DNA from: Antedon mediterranea
Lineage: Eukaryota > Animalia > Echinodermata
DNA length: 64,000 bases
Reading direction: 5' to 3'
Assembly: GCF_964355755.1 (NCBI RefSeq)
Contig: NC_092671.1
Span: 23,572,070-23,636,069, forward strand
The notes under the pieces were generated by a model. The model did no database searches. It had not been told where the DNA came from and saw only the letters and a list, made by a program, of their open reading frames with translations. The position numbers were made by a program, and so were the translations under genes. Numbering within the stretch: the first letter of the stretch is position 1; each line of letters starts with the position of its first letter. Below, one piece after another: positions 23,891 through 37,251 of this stretch.

Positions 23891-26363
23891 TAGTCCAGGA
23901 GTATTAGACAAAAAAAGGGCAAAAGGTAGACATAAATATGCTAAAGCTGAATTTTTTAGGATAGGTCCCCAATGTTGTCTGGAACAACATTCTAAAAGTC
24001 CCCGGTTTTCCCCGTTGTGCTTCACCCTGATTAAGCCATTTTTCAAAATGGCGGCCATCTTAACATTATTTACCATATTTTGACAACCAGTAGGTGTAAG
24101 TAAACAATTTTGGTGTCAAAATACTCAGAAGACCAATATTTATATTCACTATAATGGAGAAGTTTTTTAAAAAATTGTCAGAAATGCCTGTTTTGACCTT
24201 TGACCCTAAATTTGGATTATCTCAATATCTCATCAACGACTGGCCGTAGAGAGTTCAAAATTTTCCCAAATTATTCAGAATGCCCAACTTTCTATTTACT
24301 TTAATGAAAGAAAAATACCAAAAACCTTTAGAAACCTTATATTTTGACCTTTGAACTATTTATGTAGGCATATTTATTTTTATAGACATCTTGGTGATCG
24401 ATAGGATACGAAATTGGTTTCAAAATTTATAACTTTGACCCTAAATTTGGGTTATCTCAATACCGCATCAACTGCTGGCCGTAGACTTCAAAATTGTCCT
24501 AAATTAAGCAGTGTGCCCAACTCTCTATTCACTGTAGTTAAAGAAAAATACTAAAGCCTTTAGAAACCACCTATTTTGCCATTTGAACTATTGATCTGGT
24601 CAATACAGTATTTTATATCATAATTATATAGAAATCTTGGTGATCGATAGGAATACATAAGCGAATTTGTTGTCAAAATATTTCAAAACACCCATGTTTT
24701 TTTACCTCTGACTTTAATCACTACATTATAATTTAATAATTTAAGTCCAAATAGCATGATGGACATATCATACCATTCATCATGCCATGAGATGTCAAAT
24801 TTATCTGAAACAACCAAGAAAAAATGTCCGATGGACGAATAATAATATTCATCAATATAGATATGAGGCCATAATTTCTGGTATCAAAGGGTCACAATGT
24901 GTCATTTGACAAATCACCTAAATAATAAAATACAATATGAAACTCTTACAAGTCTATCAAGATGGATTATAAAGAAATTGTCACTGTAAAGTTGTTATGG
25001 TCTTCAACAGATTTTCATGCCCTTATTTTATTAACCATCATATAGTCCTGAAGTATTTTCGATTTTTTGAGAATTTTGATTAGAAAAAAAACAGAGAAAA
25101 ATGTTCACATCTTAAAGATAAATGCAAACATTCTTTTAAAATTAAATTGCATCATATCAGATAAGAATCGGAGGTATGACTAGAGCCTAAAATGAGACTT
25201 AGACTGAGACCTTGATAAATGGTTGGGTGGGTGACTATGTACAGTGTGCAGTTTTAGACAATTTAAAAAATGTTATAAGATGAATTATGTACTCCAGACC
25301 TATATACACAAAGAAATGTAATAGTGCAGCTCAAATCAACCAGTAGTGGTCTCCGAAGAGGAAACATTTCAGAATTGGTGTAGCTCCAAAGTTTAAACAT
25401 GGACATTAGCCATATAGAGAAGGCGTGGCATTTTTTGGAGGACTAATTTCTAACCTTAATATTTAAAGACTAAATAAATAATAAAATTTGTTTGGTTACT
25501 AATGAATAAAAGAAGTGAAAACAGGCTAAATCCCAAACAGACAGTAAAATGTATCATATATATATATAGTTTAAAATTGGGGCTTGGTTTGTCCTGTTTA
25601 GCATCTGAGCAATTTGGAATGAATTTTACCTCTCATGGCAATGGCCATACTGATGAATTGTTAGATTCTGTTTATCTTTATGTCAACTTAAATTTAACTT
25701 TTTGCATCTAAGCCCTCCCTCTGGAGAGCACGGGCTATTGTCGGTTTATACAGGTAAGCTAGGCACGAAATAAGACTAATTCTTATTAAAAACTTTTCCA
25801 TTATAATGAATATAAATATGGGTCTTCTGAGTATTTTGACACCAATTTCGCTTGTGTACTCCTATCGATCACTAAGATGTCTAAAATTAAAATATGTCTA
25901 GGTCAATAGTTCAAAGGTCAAAATAGAAGGTTTCTAAAGGAATTTGGTATTTTTCTTTCATTAAAGTGAATAGAAAGTTGGGCATTCTGAATAATTTGGG
26001 ACAACTTTGAAGTCTATACGGCCAGTCGTTGATGAGATATTGAGATAATCTAAATTTAGGGTCAAAGGTCAAAAGAGGCATTTCTGACCATTTTTTGTTA
26101 AACTTTTTCATTACAGTGAATATAAATATGGGTCTTCTGAGTATTTTGACACCAAGATTGTTTACTTACACCTACTGGTTGTCAGCATATGGTAAATAAT
26201 TTTAAGATGGCCGCCATTTTGAAAAATGGCCCAATCGGGTTGAAGCACATCGGGGTACCCGGGGACTTTTAGTATGTTGTTTCAGACAACATTAGGGACC
26301 TATCCTGAAAAATTCAGCTTTAGCATATTTATTTCTACCTCAAAGTCTAATACTCCTGGACTA
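23891..26363. mobile_element. Academ-like non-autonomous element with ~550-bp TIRs and 3-bp TSD TAT
   Basis: TAT|TAGTCCAGGAGTATTAGAC ... GTCTAATACTCCTGGACTA|TAT; removing it with one TSD restores the host frame (FASFNHSIYPHTSCLNPANW). Confidence 0.85.
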
Positions 26364-27030
26364 TATGGTTAAAAGAAGCAAATCGATCATCAATGCACTG
26401 TGTCAAACCAGTGGCAGAATTTTCTTTTACTGTGTTAGTGGTGGTCTGCAATGGAGCAGCATGTCGCCTCTGTGTCAATTTCATTCTGTCGTACGATACT
26501 GAAACAAATTCTCGATTTACCTGACTTCTCCTCATGTGTCCAGTTTTCGGGAGTTCTCGAGAGATTGTGTGATCATTGCTGCAGGTGTAGCCAGCTGTTG
26601 TGACCAAGGTGGATGCATCTTCCCCATCTAGCAAATCTTGTAACAGCATCTTCGTTGTTTCTAGATATGGCATCACCTCAAAAATGTGAATGTCTCCTTT
26701 CTCAAATTGAAGAGACAGAGAGGAGATAATTGTTAAAATCTCATAATATAGACAAGTTGTTTCAAGGAATTGTGAATCTCTTAAGTGCTTAAGGATACCT
26801 TGCAACTTTGCATTTAATGTACTGTGTTGTTTGTTGGCAATTGAATTCTCCTGGGCTAATGGAATCCAGTTATGGAGGAGTATACGGGCTCCCTTCATCT
26901 GGTGACATACAAAACGTGTCCCATGTACCTTTGGGAATTTATATATCTGAACATCCAACGCTTTCGCTGTTTCTTCGAAATGGCGTTTAAATTTCCCTGA
27001 ACGTTTCATCAGGTAAAAAATTGTTATCAT

Positions 27031-28243
27031 CAGACCTTGATTTATAAATATAAGAGGAGAGTTTCTAATGGCTCTCCTCAATATGTTGAGGAGAGCCATT
27101 ATTTTGATTAAGTATTCGAGGCACAGGCCCACCATGGTTGGGCCTGTGGCGAGCCAAATTTTGATAAATGACACCTCTAGATGGCCGGAAATGGTATTCT
27201 CGCACGTAAAATTCATCGTAGGTCATTGTTCTCTGAACGTAGTCTACGATGTATTGTTATGATAATTATCTACGCGTCGATCGTAGGGTGGTTCGTAGGG
27301 TTAGTAAACACCATTGTCATCGCCTTTACTTTAGAAGCATGGACAATGCAAACAAACAATGTATTGTTTGCTAATTAAAATCCTATCTAAAGATAGTAGA
27401 CGTCAATTTTTGTAGCCACCCTAGCTAGGCCTACGCATCGGTTATCCTAATTTGGACGGAAATCCGCCGCCGACAAGACGACATCGGGTCCGTGGACCTC
27501 TCAGCTCACGCAGAGAGAGAGAGTCGAGGCTATCTATCTAGTCTAGTTTCGGCGGCCTACACTATACATTATTTAATCCTACCTTGGGTTAGCGAATTAT
27601 AAAAACAACGACACCTAGGCTAGGACACCAACAAAATATATGCAAAATAAATATATATTCCATATTAATTACTATAAGATTTAACATAAAGGCGACATGT
27701 GTATAAGAAAAGGCCCGACCAGAATTTGGAGGGGAAAACATGTGAGCAGTTATTAAGATCAGAGAGAGTGTTTCATGTCATGGTACACGATCTTAATTAC
27801 TGTTTATCGTCGGCAGCCACCCTCACATACTGAGTTAAAAAAAAAACATGTGAGATGTTGCGGTAAAGCAGAGAGTATCGCGTTTCATGCCATGTGACCA
27901 AAAAAACTAGGTCTGTATAATTACGGTCTTCTGACGGCAGTCTTTTTGAGCTACCGATTGAACGTTCTGATACTATATTTAGAATGAATTGTTTACGATA
28001 TTTTTCTCGCAACATCAAAGATCGTAGGCGCGCCTAGCCTATCGGGGGTAGCCATAACAAAGATCGTTTGCGCGACTATATATAGACTGTGTGTTGTATT
28101 TGGGGTTAATATTCTTATCATTATATATATTTTTATGACGCACTGTAACAGGTTGGGGAGCGCTATTTTAGGCGCTCCTTTGATCGTTTTCAGGGGCGCC
28201 AAGGAGCGTCAGCGCCATGGCGCTCCTTTTAAATCAAGGTCTG
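27031..28243. mobile_element. hAT-type MITE with 6-bp TSD TATCAT
   Basis: TATCAT|CAGACCTTGATTTA ... TAAATCAAGGTCTG|TATCAT; removal restores KDLMITIFYL. Confidence 0.9.
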
Positions 28244-31200
28244 TATCATTAGGTCTTTTATTTGCTGAAATGATTTTTCCTTCATTAACGTGTCTTTTGC
28301 AGCAAGCTCTGTGGATTTTAATGAGCCATGGACGTCCAGCCCTTGCAATTCTTACCAGAACACCATTATAGATTCCTGTAAGAAAAAAAAACAAAACAAA
28401 TGTACATAAAATTCAGTAAATTATTAAATATCATAAATAATAAATTTAAATTTTTCATCAGAAGAAAAATAAATTAGGGAACGAAAGTTGCATTATGATT
28501 GCTTGTTTTGAGGAGAACAAATATAAAAGTTAAATTTTCTTATACCAACCAACCTGTATTCACAGCTGCTCCATCTGCTGTAGTGGATACCAAAGCTTTG
28601 ATATACTTTTCTTCGGGGATCTTAATCTTTTCCTGAAGTGCCTCATCAATTGATTTAAAAAGATTCTCTGCTGTACCATCTCCAAAACTATCTATGTCTT
28701 CCAATGCAACAACAAAATATACTGGCCCACCATTCTTTAACAAGCGAACCATTACAAGCTCCTTCTCATTTCCAGTTTTCCTTGCCTGGGACCCATCACT
28801 GAGCACTGAAAATGCATTGCAAGTGGACAAGAGAGAACCAATCTTACGAATAGCATCAGCAATTTCACTTACAAACTCTCTTGCTTTATCGCTGCTTTCT
28901 GTGCCTTGAATTAAATTTACTCCATTAGTTTTCTGCACCCTCACAAGGGTCTTAAATGAAGTAAGTGGTAGCCCATCAACAGCTAAGCAGTGAGCAGTTG
29001 TTATCAACTTTCTGTATGCATCGTATGCTTGTTTGTGTATTGCATAATCAATACAGGGTTGTGTTCACTTGACAGCAGTAAATGGACCAGCACCACTGTC
29101 CTCTTCACCCGGAGCTTGTAATGTTTGGTAGTCTAGACCAATGCTGTGAGCCTTTAAACGCAAAGCAAACATAACAATGATTATTAATAAAAAGAAAGAA
29201 AGTTAGTTTTTTTTTCAATGATTTTTTTAATATTTTTTTTATTTATTTATAAAAATTCAGTGGGGGGGGGGGGGTGGTAAAATATTTTTCTATTTAATCA
29301 ATAAGTAAGTCATGTACAGTAATGAATAATTTTAAAGAATATATTTACTTTATAATAATAGTATAGTAGTAATAATAAGCATATTATTAACAGCAAGTCA
29401 ATTCACTGTCTCCCAAAACTAATTGTCAAAAATAAAGTATTCCTATCATAATTTTTATCAATTAAATCTTGTGTTTGTCTACTCCGCAGTCGAAAATACA
29501 AGCTCCGATTTCTTGTTTTATGTGAACAAAATGTTGCGGCATGAACGGATAACAGTAGCCATGGAAACGAGTACCCTGGACAGCATGCACAGCTTTTATT
29601 CACAATCTTCAAACGGTACACCGCCGCATGCTTACCCTGGGCGGCTCCTTGTCGTTCAACGAGATGTGCTAGCGATCAAATGGAGCATGTATTGTAAATC
29701 CGAACACCCCAAAAAACAGAATTTCACGCTAGATACAATACATCTAAGTTTATTTCTATTCTTAAATCTTAGCTCATTAAAATGTATTCTAAAACGGAAC
29801 AAATTGCTATTTTTTAAAACAAATATAAAACATTATTTTAGGTTAACACAAGTTAAAGCTATAAATAACTTTTGATCGAAAGCACGTGACTTTTTTCAGT
29901 CAGTCACTGCGCAAAACCACGAGACCATTGTACAAAGTCACAGTGGCTATTGCACCACATGCTTTTTAGTAAACAACATTGGGGCTTTTGAACAACGCAG
30001 TTCTCGGCCGAGAAAAATAATAACAAATAGAATAATTGATTTGTACGGTTGTCATGTGAATAAAACAATTTGTAATTACGCAGTTTTTTTGGTATATTAT
30101 TTTCAAATAAATTAAAATTAACAGTAGAAAATATCTAGGCTAAAATAACAATAATATTATGTTTATGCAACTCACCTTTGATGAGAGGTGTCTTTGAGCA
30201 GTATGTTTCGAGAGGAATGAGGATCCTTCAGCATACTTCACAATGTTCTTTAAAGCCTGACCACGGATTCGACCATCTCCCTTTATTTTCTCTATATACT
30301 TTCTGCAAACTTTGCACCAGATTTTCGTAACCATATCTCTGGCATTTATAATTTTTGTTTCATATCCAAAAATTGAAAAATTCCAAGCATTGAATGTTGA
30401 TAATTGTATAGGTTTTCCTTTTTCGGCCGCAGCCATGTTTACTCGGTGAATGTGACAGAATACAATACGATTTGTTTTGAACAATAGTAAAATCAATTCA
30501 TAGTGCGTCAGAACTTTTTCAGTGCGCGATCGCCTTCAACGCACAGAGCAGCGGTGTTCATCCAACTGTTTCGGAATCGTCCATTCTTAGCAAGGGTTGT
30601 CAACGTTATTAATAATACGAAATCATAGCCATAGGGGATAGGAGTAGGCTACTAAGCCTAAATATATAAATACATCGTCAAATTCAGTAACCATCAAGTT
30701 GGAAATCAAAACAAATCGTATTGATGGCAATAGTCTACTTGTTAATTTCATGTTATTTATTCATTATCTAAATTCAGGATGTTGATTACAGGGTCACAGA
30801 CGATTTGGTACCATGTTCCAGAAAAATAATAACAATTAGGAGCCCTGTTATTTTGTCGGCTCTCTTTGATCTTCGTTGTCAGCGGGTAGTTGATAAAGCA
30901 GCTTAAAACTTAATTTCACAAAAACAAACAAAAACATCTGACGTGTTCGCGAGATAAGACAATTCTTTGAATAGACACAGGTGTTACTTCAGAATGTTTT
31001 TAAAACGAAGAAAAACAACATATTTTTAACAGTTATTTATTTGAAACGAAAATGTTTTTATAATACTGCATTTAATTGTGTTACTTAGCATATTTATATA
31101 CAAAAAATATAACATACATACAAACAACACAACCCGCGCAGTGTTAGCGTAAACATAAAAACAAAATTGATTATCAGGAAAAAAAACACTGTTGCACGTG

Positions 31201-31341
31201 AAAGTGCATGATGTTGTATCATTAAAAATCATGAATTGTTAATTTTTGGAATTAGAACAAATCTATCTAGAAAATATTTAAGAACTAATAGCATCCGTTA
31301 TCCCGTTTACAGTCGATCACAACAGAGATTGGTGGTACAAC

Positions 31342-31363
31342 CAGGGAGTTGAACAACTCCCTG
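31342..31363. repeat. 22-bp hairpin with near-perfect 7-bp direct repeats (putative footprint)
   Basis: GTACAAC|CAGGGAGTTG-AA-CAACTCCCTG|GTACGAC; a decayed relative lies at 36978-37001 between GCTTTAC repeats. Confidence 0.6.
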
Positions 31364-33422
31364 GTACGACTGCGCAGAGCCACGAGACCTTTGTACACAC
31401 AGTGGCTCTATCGCACCACGTGATTTTTTCTCGGTTTCTTTGCTCTCTATATGCATCAATGATCTCGTTGGGTTTCTCACGCCTACACCCACGTCGTGTG
31501 TGTGCATGATGATGTTGAGTTTAACACAGTCAATCCTATTTTAAGCGAAGCCGAGACCATGTATAATAATAGGTCTTGCAAACAAACCGCATGTTTTGTT
31601 GTTGGTGCTCTATGATTTAACAACAGTTATAAATGAGTTTTGTATGTTGACTTCGTTCGTGTGTTATTATTGTACAGGCGGCGCAAAACGTAGGTTGTTT
31701 TTTTTTTATAATGTCCATGATTTAAGGTACGCGATTAGTTGCTCTCCTTAAATCATGTGGAGGAGCGCGCTCGCGCTCCTTAAAAACGTAGGACTGTCTT
31801 TATCTTATAAGGTTTCCGTTCCATAAAAAATTAAACATCTTACTTTGTATATTATTGAAGAAGTGATTTAGTGAGTCCGGTAAGTTTGAAAAGTGAAAAG
31901 TTAAAATAGGCAGAACCAGTGTTTTTATTATAGTAATTTTTCCAAATAAGGTTAGGGATCTTTTTCTCCACATGTTTAGTATTTTATCGATATCTTTAGA
32001 TTTTTGTGGAAAATTTAAATCAAATATATTATCTAAATTACTTGAAACATTTATACCAAGGTATTGTATGGGTTTGTTAGTCCATATTATGTTTTGTTTG
32101 GTGGGAATTTTAAAATCCGAATTTCTTAATGAGCCCATTCCCATTATATTACTTTTTTCATAATTTATCTTAAGCCCTGAGGATAAAGCAAATAAGTCTA
32201 AAGTGTCCATAATGGCCTTTATTGAATTGGAATCGTTTATATAGAATACCGTGTCGTCAGCAAATTGACTTAATTTAATGTTTACGTTATTATAGGATAT
32301 ACCTTCTATTTTTTCTGTTTGATGGACTGCATTGCCTAGGATTTCCAAACATAGAATAAACAAGTATGGTGATAGAGGACATCCTTGTCATAAACCCAGA
32401 CTAAGACTAAAAAATTCAGAAGACAATCCGTTATTAATAACACAACTAAAAATATCATTATAGAGAATTTTTATCTAATTTGTAAAATTATTTTCAAATC
32501 CAAATTGTTCTAGTGCATAGTAAACAAAGTCCCATCTTATTTTATCGAATGCTTTTTTAAAATCTACGAAAAAAAGTAGATTCGGAAGATTTTTTCATTG
32601 TGCATGTTCAGTAATGTCAAAGAGCAGTTTTATATTCTCGCCAATGTATCGTCCCTTAAGGAATCAAGTTTGATCAGGGCTAATCACAGATGGTAATACT
32701 CCTTTTAGTCGTGTCGCAATGGTCTTGGAAATGATCTTATAATCGACGTTCAGTAATGAGATGGGACGCCAGTTTTTTAACAACATTGGCAATTTGTCTT
32801 TTTTGGGAATCAATGATATTAACCCACGCCTTTGTGAAATAGAGAGACTTCCTCTTTGAAAGGAATATTTGAATGAATTTGTTAGGGTTTGGCTAATTTC
32901 AGTCCAAAAACATTTGTAACAAACGTAATTTTTATACTCTTCTAGTAACTTTAGTCGACCTACCGATATAATATTAGATTATTTAGGCGTTAGGTTTGAT
33001 ATTTTAGTGTTAGATAACAGGATCAGGTTTAGTTTTGTTATTTATGGGCCTATTGTCTATAGGCTAGTCCCAAAAACATTAGTAGGATAGCCATTCATTA
33101 GGTATGCCAACAACGTGGCGTAAACTGTTGGAAACAGGGTTTCTTTCACAAAAATTGTCCACTTACAACTTGCATTTTCTTACCATAATTTGTAATTTTT
33201 TCCAATAAATTATATATCAAAACAAAGATAAATGTCTCTTCTTTCATAATTCTTTGTTCATTTGACTTTTCGTATGTAAAATAAATAATACTCAAAGGAA
33301 CTTTAAAAATGCGCATATATGAACACATGAGATGGAAAGATTAGAACCACGAGAATAAAAAATGTATTTTTGTGTAATGTAATTGTTTAATTTTGCTGAC
33401 TTATTACTCGGACTGTGTCATA

Positions 33423-36400
33423 CAGGGTTCGTACGCGTCCTTAAATTCCTTGAAAGTCATGGAAAAATAAATCTCTTTTTTCAAGTACTGGAAAGTCCTT
33501 GAAATTGGCATTTGTCCTTGAATGTCCTGAAAATTGTTAAAATACAATAAAGTTATATGAATTCTTTTTAATAAAGTTTTGAAAACACTGAACAATAAAA
33601 GTATTAAGTATGAAAGTACATGGAAGATAACAACGTTTGTACGTGCCGACTTTTCCGCCGCCGATAAATGCTCGTACATGAAATAGGCTTTCTTATCAGG
33701 TTGGTTGTTGACTGCAGAACGCCACTGGCCAGTGATGTTCAGATGACAATCACCTTGAAAAAACTTTGCCCAACTATTCTTTTGTTCCCCCACAGTACAT
33801 TATTGCATAATAGCTATTACTATTGAAATAAATACTTGGCCCTTTTTGTGTTCCGATTTTGTTTAAAAATTAATTTAACGAATGTAATATTGTAAACATG
33901 CATAGCATTTTAGCATTACACTTTAATTAGTGACTATACTCGCATTCTATTTATAGCCTCTGATAAGCTATAAATAGAATGCGAGTATAGTGACCTCTCT
34001 CAGCGAGGCTCTCTCACACCGCAAGCGCGTATATTAGCGGTCTCTATATGGCTGCCGATGAGTTTTTTATCGTGCGTTTCTCGTCAGTGGAAATCTATCC
34101 AACATGCCGCGTACATGCTTTTTTCAAGAGTCCTGGCTTTTTGATAGCAAATTTTCCCCGTGGATTAACCGTGCGTCAATAAAAACGGAGGCAAAGTGTA
34201 AACTATGTAGAAAAACATTAGATATCTCCAACATGGGACGGTCGGCGTTAATATCTCATCAAAACGGAAAAAAGCATAAACAACAAATGGAGTTGAGGTT
34301 TAACAATACGACGCAAGAAGTTAATCAATTTTTTAGTAAGTCCAACCCAACAACATCCACCAGTAAATCTAATAGTACCATCACCAGTATTATTGAACAA
34401 CAAGACATACCAGGAACTAGTGTTGATAATAGTATACCGAAACGTACGAACCCAAGTGGCCCGGCGACGATGCAGTATTTCAGTAGTAGTGAGGAGATTC
34501 GTAAAGCAGAAATATTGTGGGCCTTATTCATGACTAACCGGCACTTCAAATAAATGAAGTATTCCAGGCGATGTTTCCAGATAGTGGAATAGCTGCAAAA
34601 TTTAGTTGTGGTGAAAAAAAGTCTGCTTATGTTGTTAATTATGGGTTAGCGCCATATTTTAGGTAAGTTTTGTTTGATATCGATTGATATAGGCCTACAA
34701 TTTAGATTAAATAAATAATTGTAATAGGCATTTCTGTATTGAGTAATAGCCTGGTGAGTATGAAAAACAAATGTTTTTAGTCTAAGTTTTGTTCATTTTA
34801 GGTCATTACTTCTGAAACGTGTTACGGATGAGTCAGATTACGTTCTACTATTTGATGAAAGTCTAAACAAAGGTACACAACTAAAGCAAATGGATATCCA
34901 TGTCCGATTTTGGGCTAACAACCACGTGGAAACTAGATTCTTTGATAGTACATTCATGGGTCATGCTACTGCTGAGAAAGTCGTCACCGATTTTAAGATA
35001 TGTGCAGACAAACTAAATCTCGCAAAATTACTTCAAATCGGTATGGATGGTCCAAACGTCAATTGGAAGTTTTATAAACTTCTCTCTGCCGATATAAAGA
35101 CGAATTACAATACATCAGTTCTCAACATTGGGTCGTGTGGCCTTCATGTAATGCACAATGGGTTTCAAAGTGGTGTGCAGTCAATTGATTGGAAGGTCTA
35201 CGACATACTGTCTAGTTTACAAATACTGTTCAAAGACACCCCTGCTCGTCGGGAAGATTTTGAGAACGCTACTGGCACACATGTGTTTGGCCTTAAGTTT
35301 TGTAAACACAGATGGGTGGAGAATGCTGCAGTTGCGAAGCGGTTTCTCAGTGTTTTTCCGCACCTTAAAACGTACATCAAGCAGGTGACCGAAAAGAAAA
35401 TAAATGACCCAAAAACAAAGTCGTATGACACTCTGAAGGCTGCTTCAGTAGACTTATTTACGGTGCCCAGAATGCACTTTTTTGTGATGGTGGCCACACA
35501 AATGGAAACGTTTCTTAAAAAATATCAAACAGATCAACCAATGATACCGTTTCTTGAGAAAGATCTAGTGGCATGTTTGAGAGGGCTATTGAGATTGGTC
35601 ATTAAACCAGACGTCCTTTCCGGGCTCGTGAATGGCCAAAGTTTCACTAACTTTAATATAGATGAAACGAAAAACCATTTACTTGCTAACAAAGTAGACT
35701 GTGGAATATTAGCTTCAGAGCATATAAAGGAGTTGATCAAGAAAAAGAAGGTGTCCGAGTTACAAGAACTCAGGTTTAAAAATGAGTGCAAGACCATGGT
35801 TCTTACAATTGTTAAGAAAGTGCTATCTAAATGCCCACTTGGTTTCAGAATCGTTCAAAAAGCGAAATTTCTCGATCCAAGAAATTTTTGTTTAAGTGGT
35901 AATGCGCGATCTCTTAATGTTGGTAGACTAAAGGCTGTATTAAAAATATTAGCAGACAACCAAAAAATCAACCATGACATGTGTGATGAAATTGTTAATC
36001 AGGCAAACGAATTCTATGATTTTGTTGTGTTAAATAATTTATCAGATTTCACTGAATACGATCCTAAATGTAGAATTGACGAATTTTACTATGACCGCCT
36101 TAGCAAAACCACTAAGTATCACGCATTCTGGGGGGTAGTAAAATTGATTCTAATGCTTTCCCATGGCCAGGCGACTGTTGAGAGAGGTTTTAGTGTAAAC
36201 AAGGAGGTAGCGGCTGTCAATATGTCAGAGAGTACATATGTTTCGAAGCGCGTTGTATGCGGTCACATAGCTTCAGTTGGTGGTGTTTTGTCTGTAAAGA
36301 TAACGCCCCAATTAATTACTTCTGTGAGTGGGGCTAGGCAATGCTATAATCTCCATCTTGATAATGAAAAACGTAAAGCGGCAGAATCTTCAAAGGCTAT

Positions 36401-37251
36401 TAAGGGAAAATCGACGATCGATGAGTTAGATAACTTAAAGAAAGCCAAAAAAAGATGTATTGCTGATATTATGGGTTTAGAAAAATCGTCTGCAAAGTTT
36501 TCCGATCAAGCTGAAAGTAAAGGTAGTCTTACCCTCATTGCCAAAGCTAATAGCTTGCGTAGAACCGCTTCTGAAAAAAAAGAGCAATTAGCTCAACTAG
36601 AGGAAGACATTAGACATAAATTAGAGGAAATCAAAAATAGCTAGGCTATTGTGTAGATTAAATTAGCAGAAATTGCTAAGTTGTAAAAAATAAACAATGT
36701 AAAAATCGTAAAGATCGTTTTGAATAAAGTTCAGAGTGAATTAGAATATGGTTTGATTTCTTTTATTTATACCTTCTAAAAAAAACATACGATATACAGA
36801 AACGGCATTTAAACTCCGAATTCCGAACGAATTGTAGAACGTCATCCTATAGTAGTATCAAATTACCAAATATCGTCGACAGTGCAGTGACTATGGAAAC
36901 ATCAGCCTTTGTTCAATACACGCCGTGACTACCCTCGATAGGCGCGGAAGTCTGGCGCGGTTCCACAAAGGCTTTACCAGGGAGTTGTTACAACTCTTTA
37001 CGCTTTACTACCGTTACGTGTCATTTTACTCGATTTCCCACGCCTATGTTTTCAGTACTGTATGTTTTTTTAGTGGCTACAGTTAGTACTTGAATTTCTG
37101 AAAAACATCGTAACTACGAATTCATTTTTTTTTATTAATCTGTTGAACTTAATATTTAGGTATAATAATGTCCTTGAAATTTTAAAATGTTGACATTGAA
37201 TGTCCTTGAAATGTCCTGGAATTTTACTAGCTCACAGGTGTACGAACCCTG
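33423..37251 (+). mobile_element. Full-length hAT transposon (3829 bp) with 6-bp TSD GTCATA
   Basis: GTCATA|CAGGGTTCGTAC ... GTACGAACCCTG|GTCATA; TCCTTGAA subterminal repeats at both ends. Confidence 0.92.
34104..36644 (+). pseudogene. hAT transposase: exon 1 34104-34662 (frameshift near 34548), intron 34663-34801, intact exon 2 34802-36644
   Basis: BED-like CKLC..H..H finger, MFPDS..GLAPYF, FDESLN, MDGPNVN, CGLH, HRWVE, VERGFS; AATAAA at 36689 and 36723. Confidence 0.88.

Larger units (their letters stand above)
23700..30436 (-). pseudogene. Spliced hAT transposase pseudogene, ZNF862/C17orf113-like
   Basis: Exons 30436-30176, 29151-28554 and 28375 onward with GT-AG introns; CKVC..H zinc finger, SDGS, TADGAAVNTG, GTRF; in-frame TGA near 29065, CxxH deleted, two nested insertions, C-terminus missing. 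Confidence 0.8.
23600..31796 (-). mobile_element. Defective hAT transposon with 6-bp TSD TCTTTA
   Basis: TCTTTA|CAGTCCTTCGTT ... AACGTAGGACTG|TCTTTA; GGAG(A/C)GC subterminal repeats; removing it rejoins the LINE sequence (..KIKRKIMTNELEKGG). Confidence 0.9.
22444..32915 (-). mobile_element. 5'-truncated L1/Tx1-like LINE (22444-23599 plus 31803-32915), split by a hAT element
   Basis: WRPISLLNVDYK, SQFADDT, WRKRSLTLFGKITIIKTL, EKGGLKMP, C-terminal CEFC..HMFVEC zinc knuckle; poly(A) tail at ~22465-22489; 41-bp flanking direct repeat. Confidence 0.9.

Noticed and set aside
26347-27216. 289-aa ORF as an intact gene
   Set aside because: Its N-terminus comes from a MITE and its end from an Academ TIR; only the middle is transposase pseudogene.
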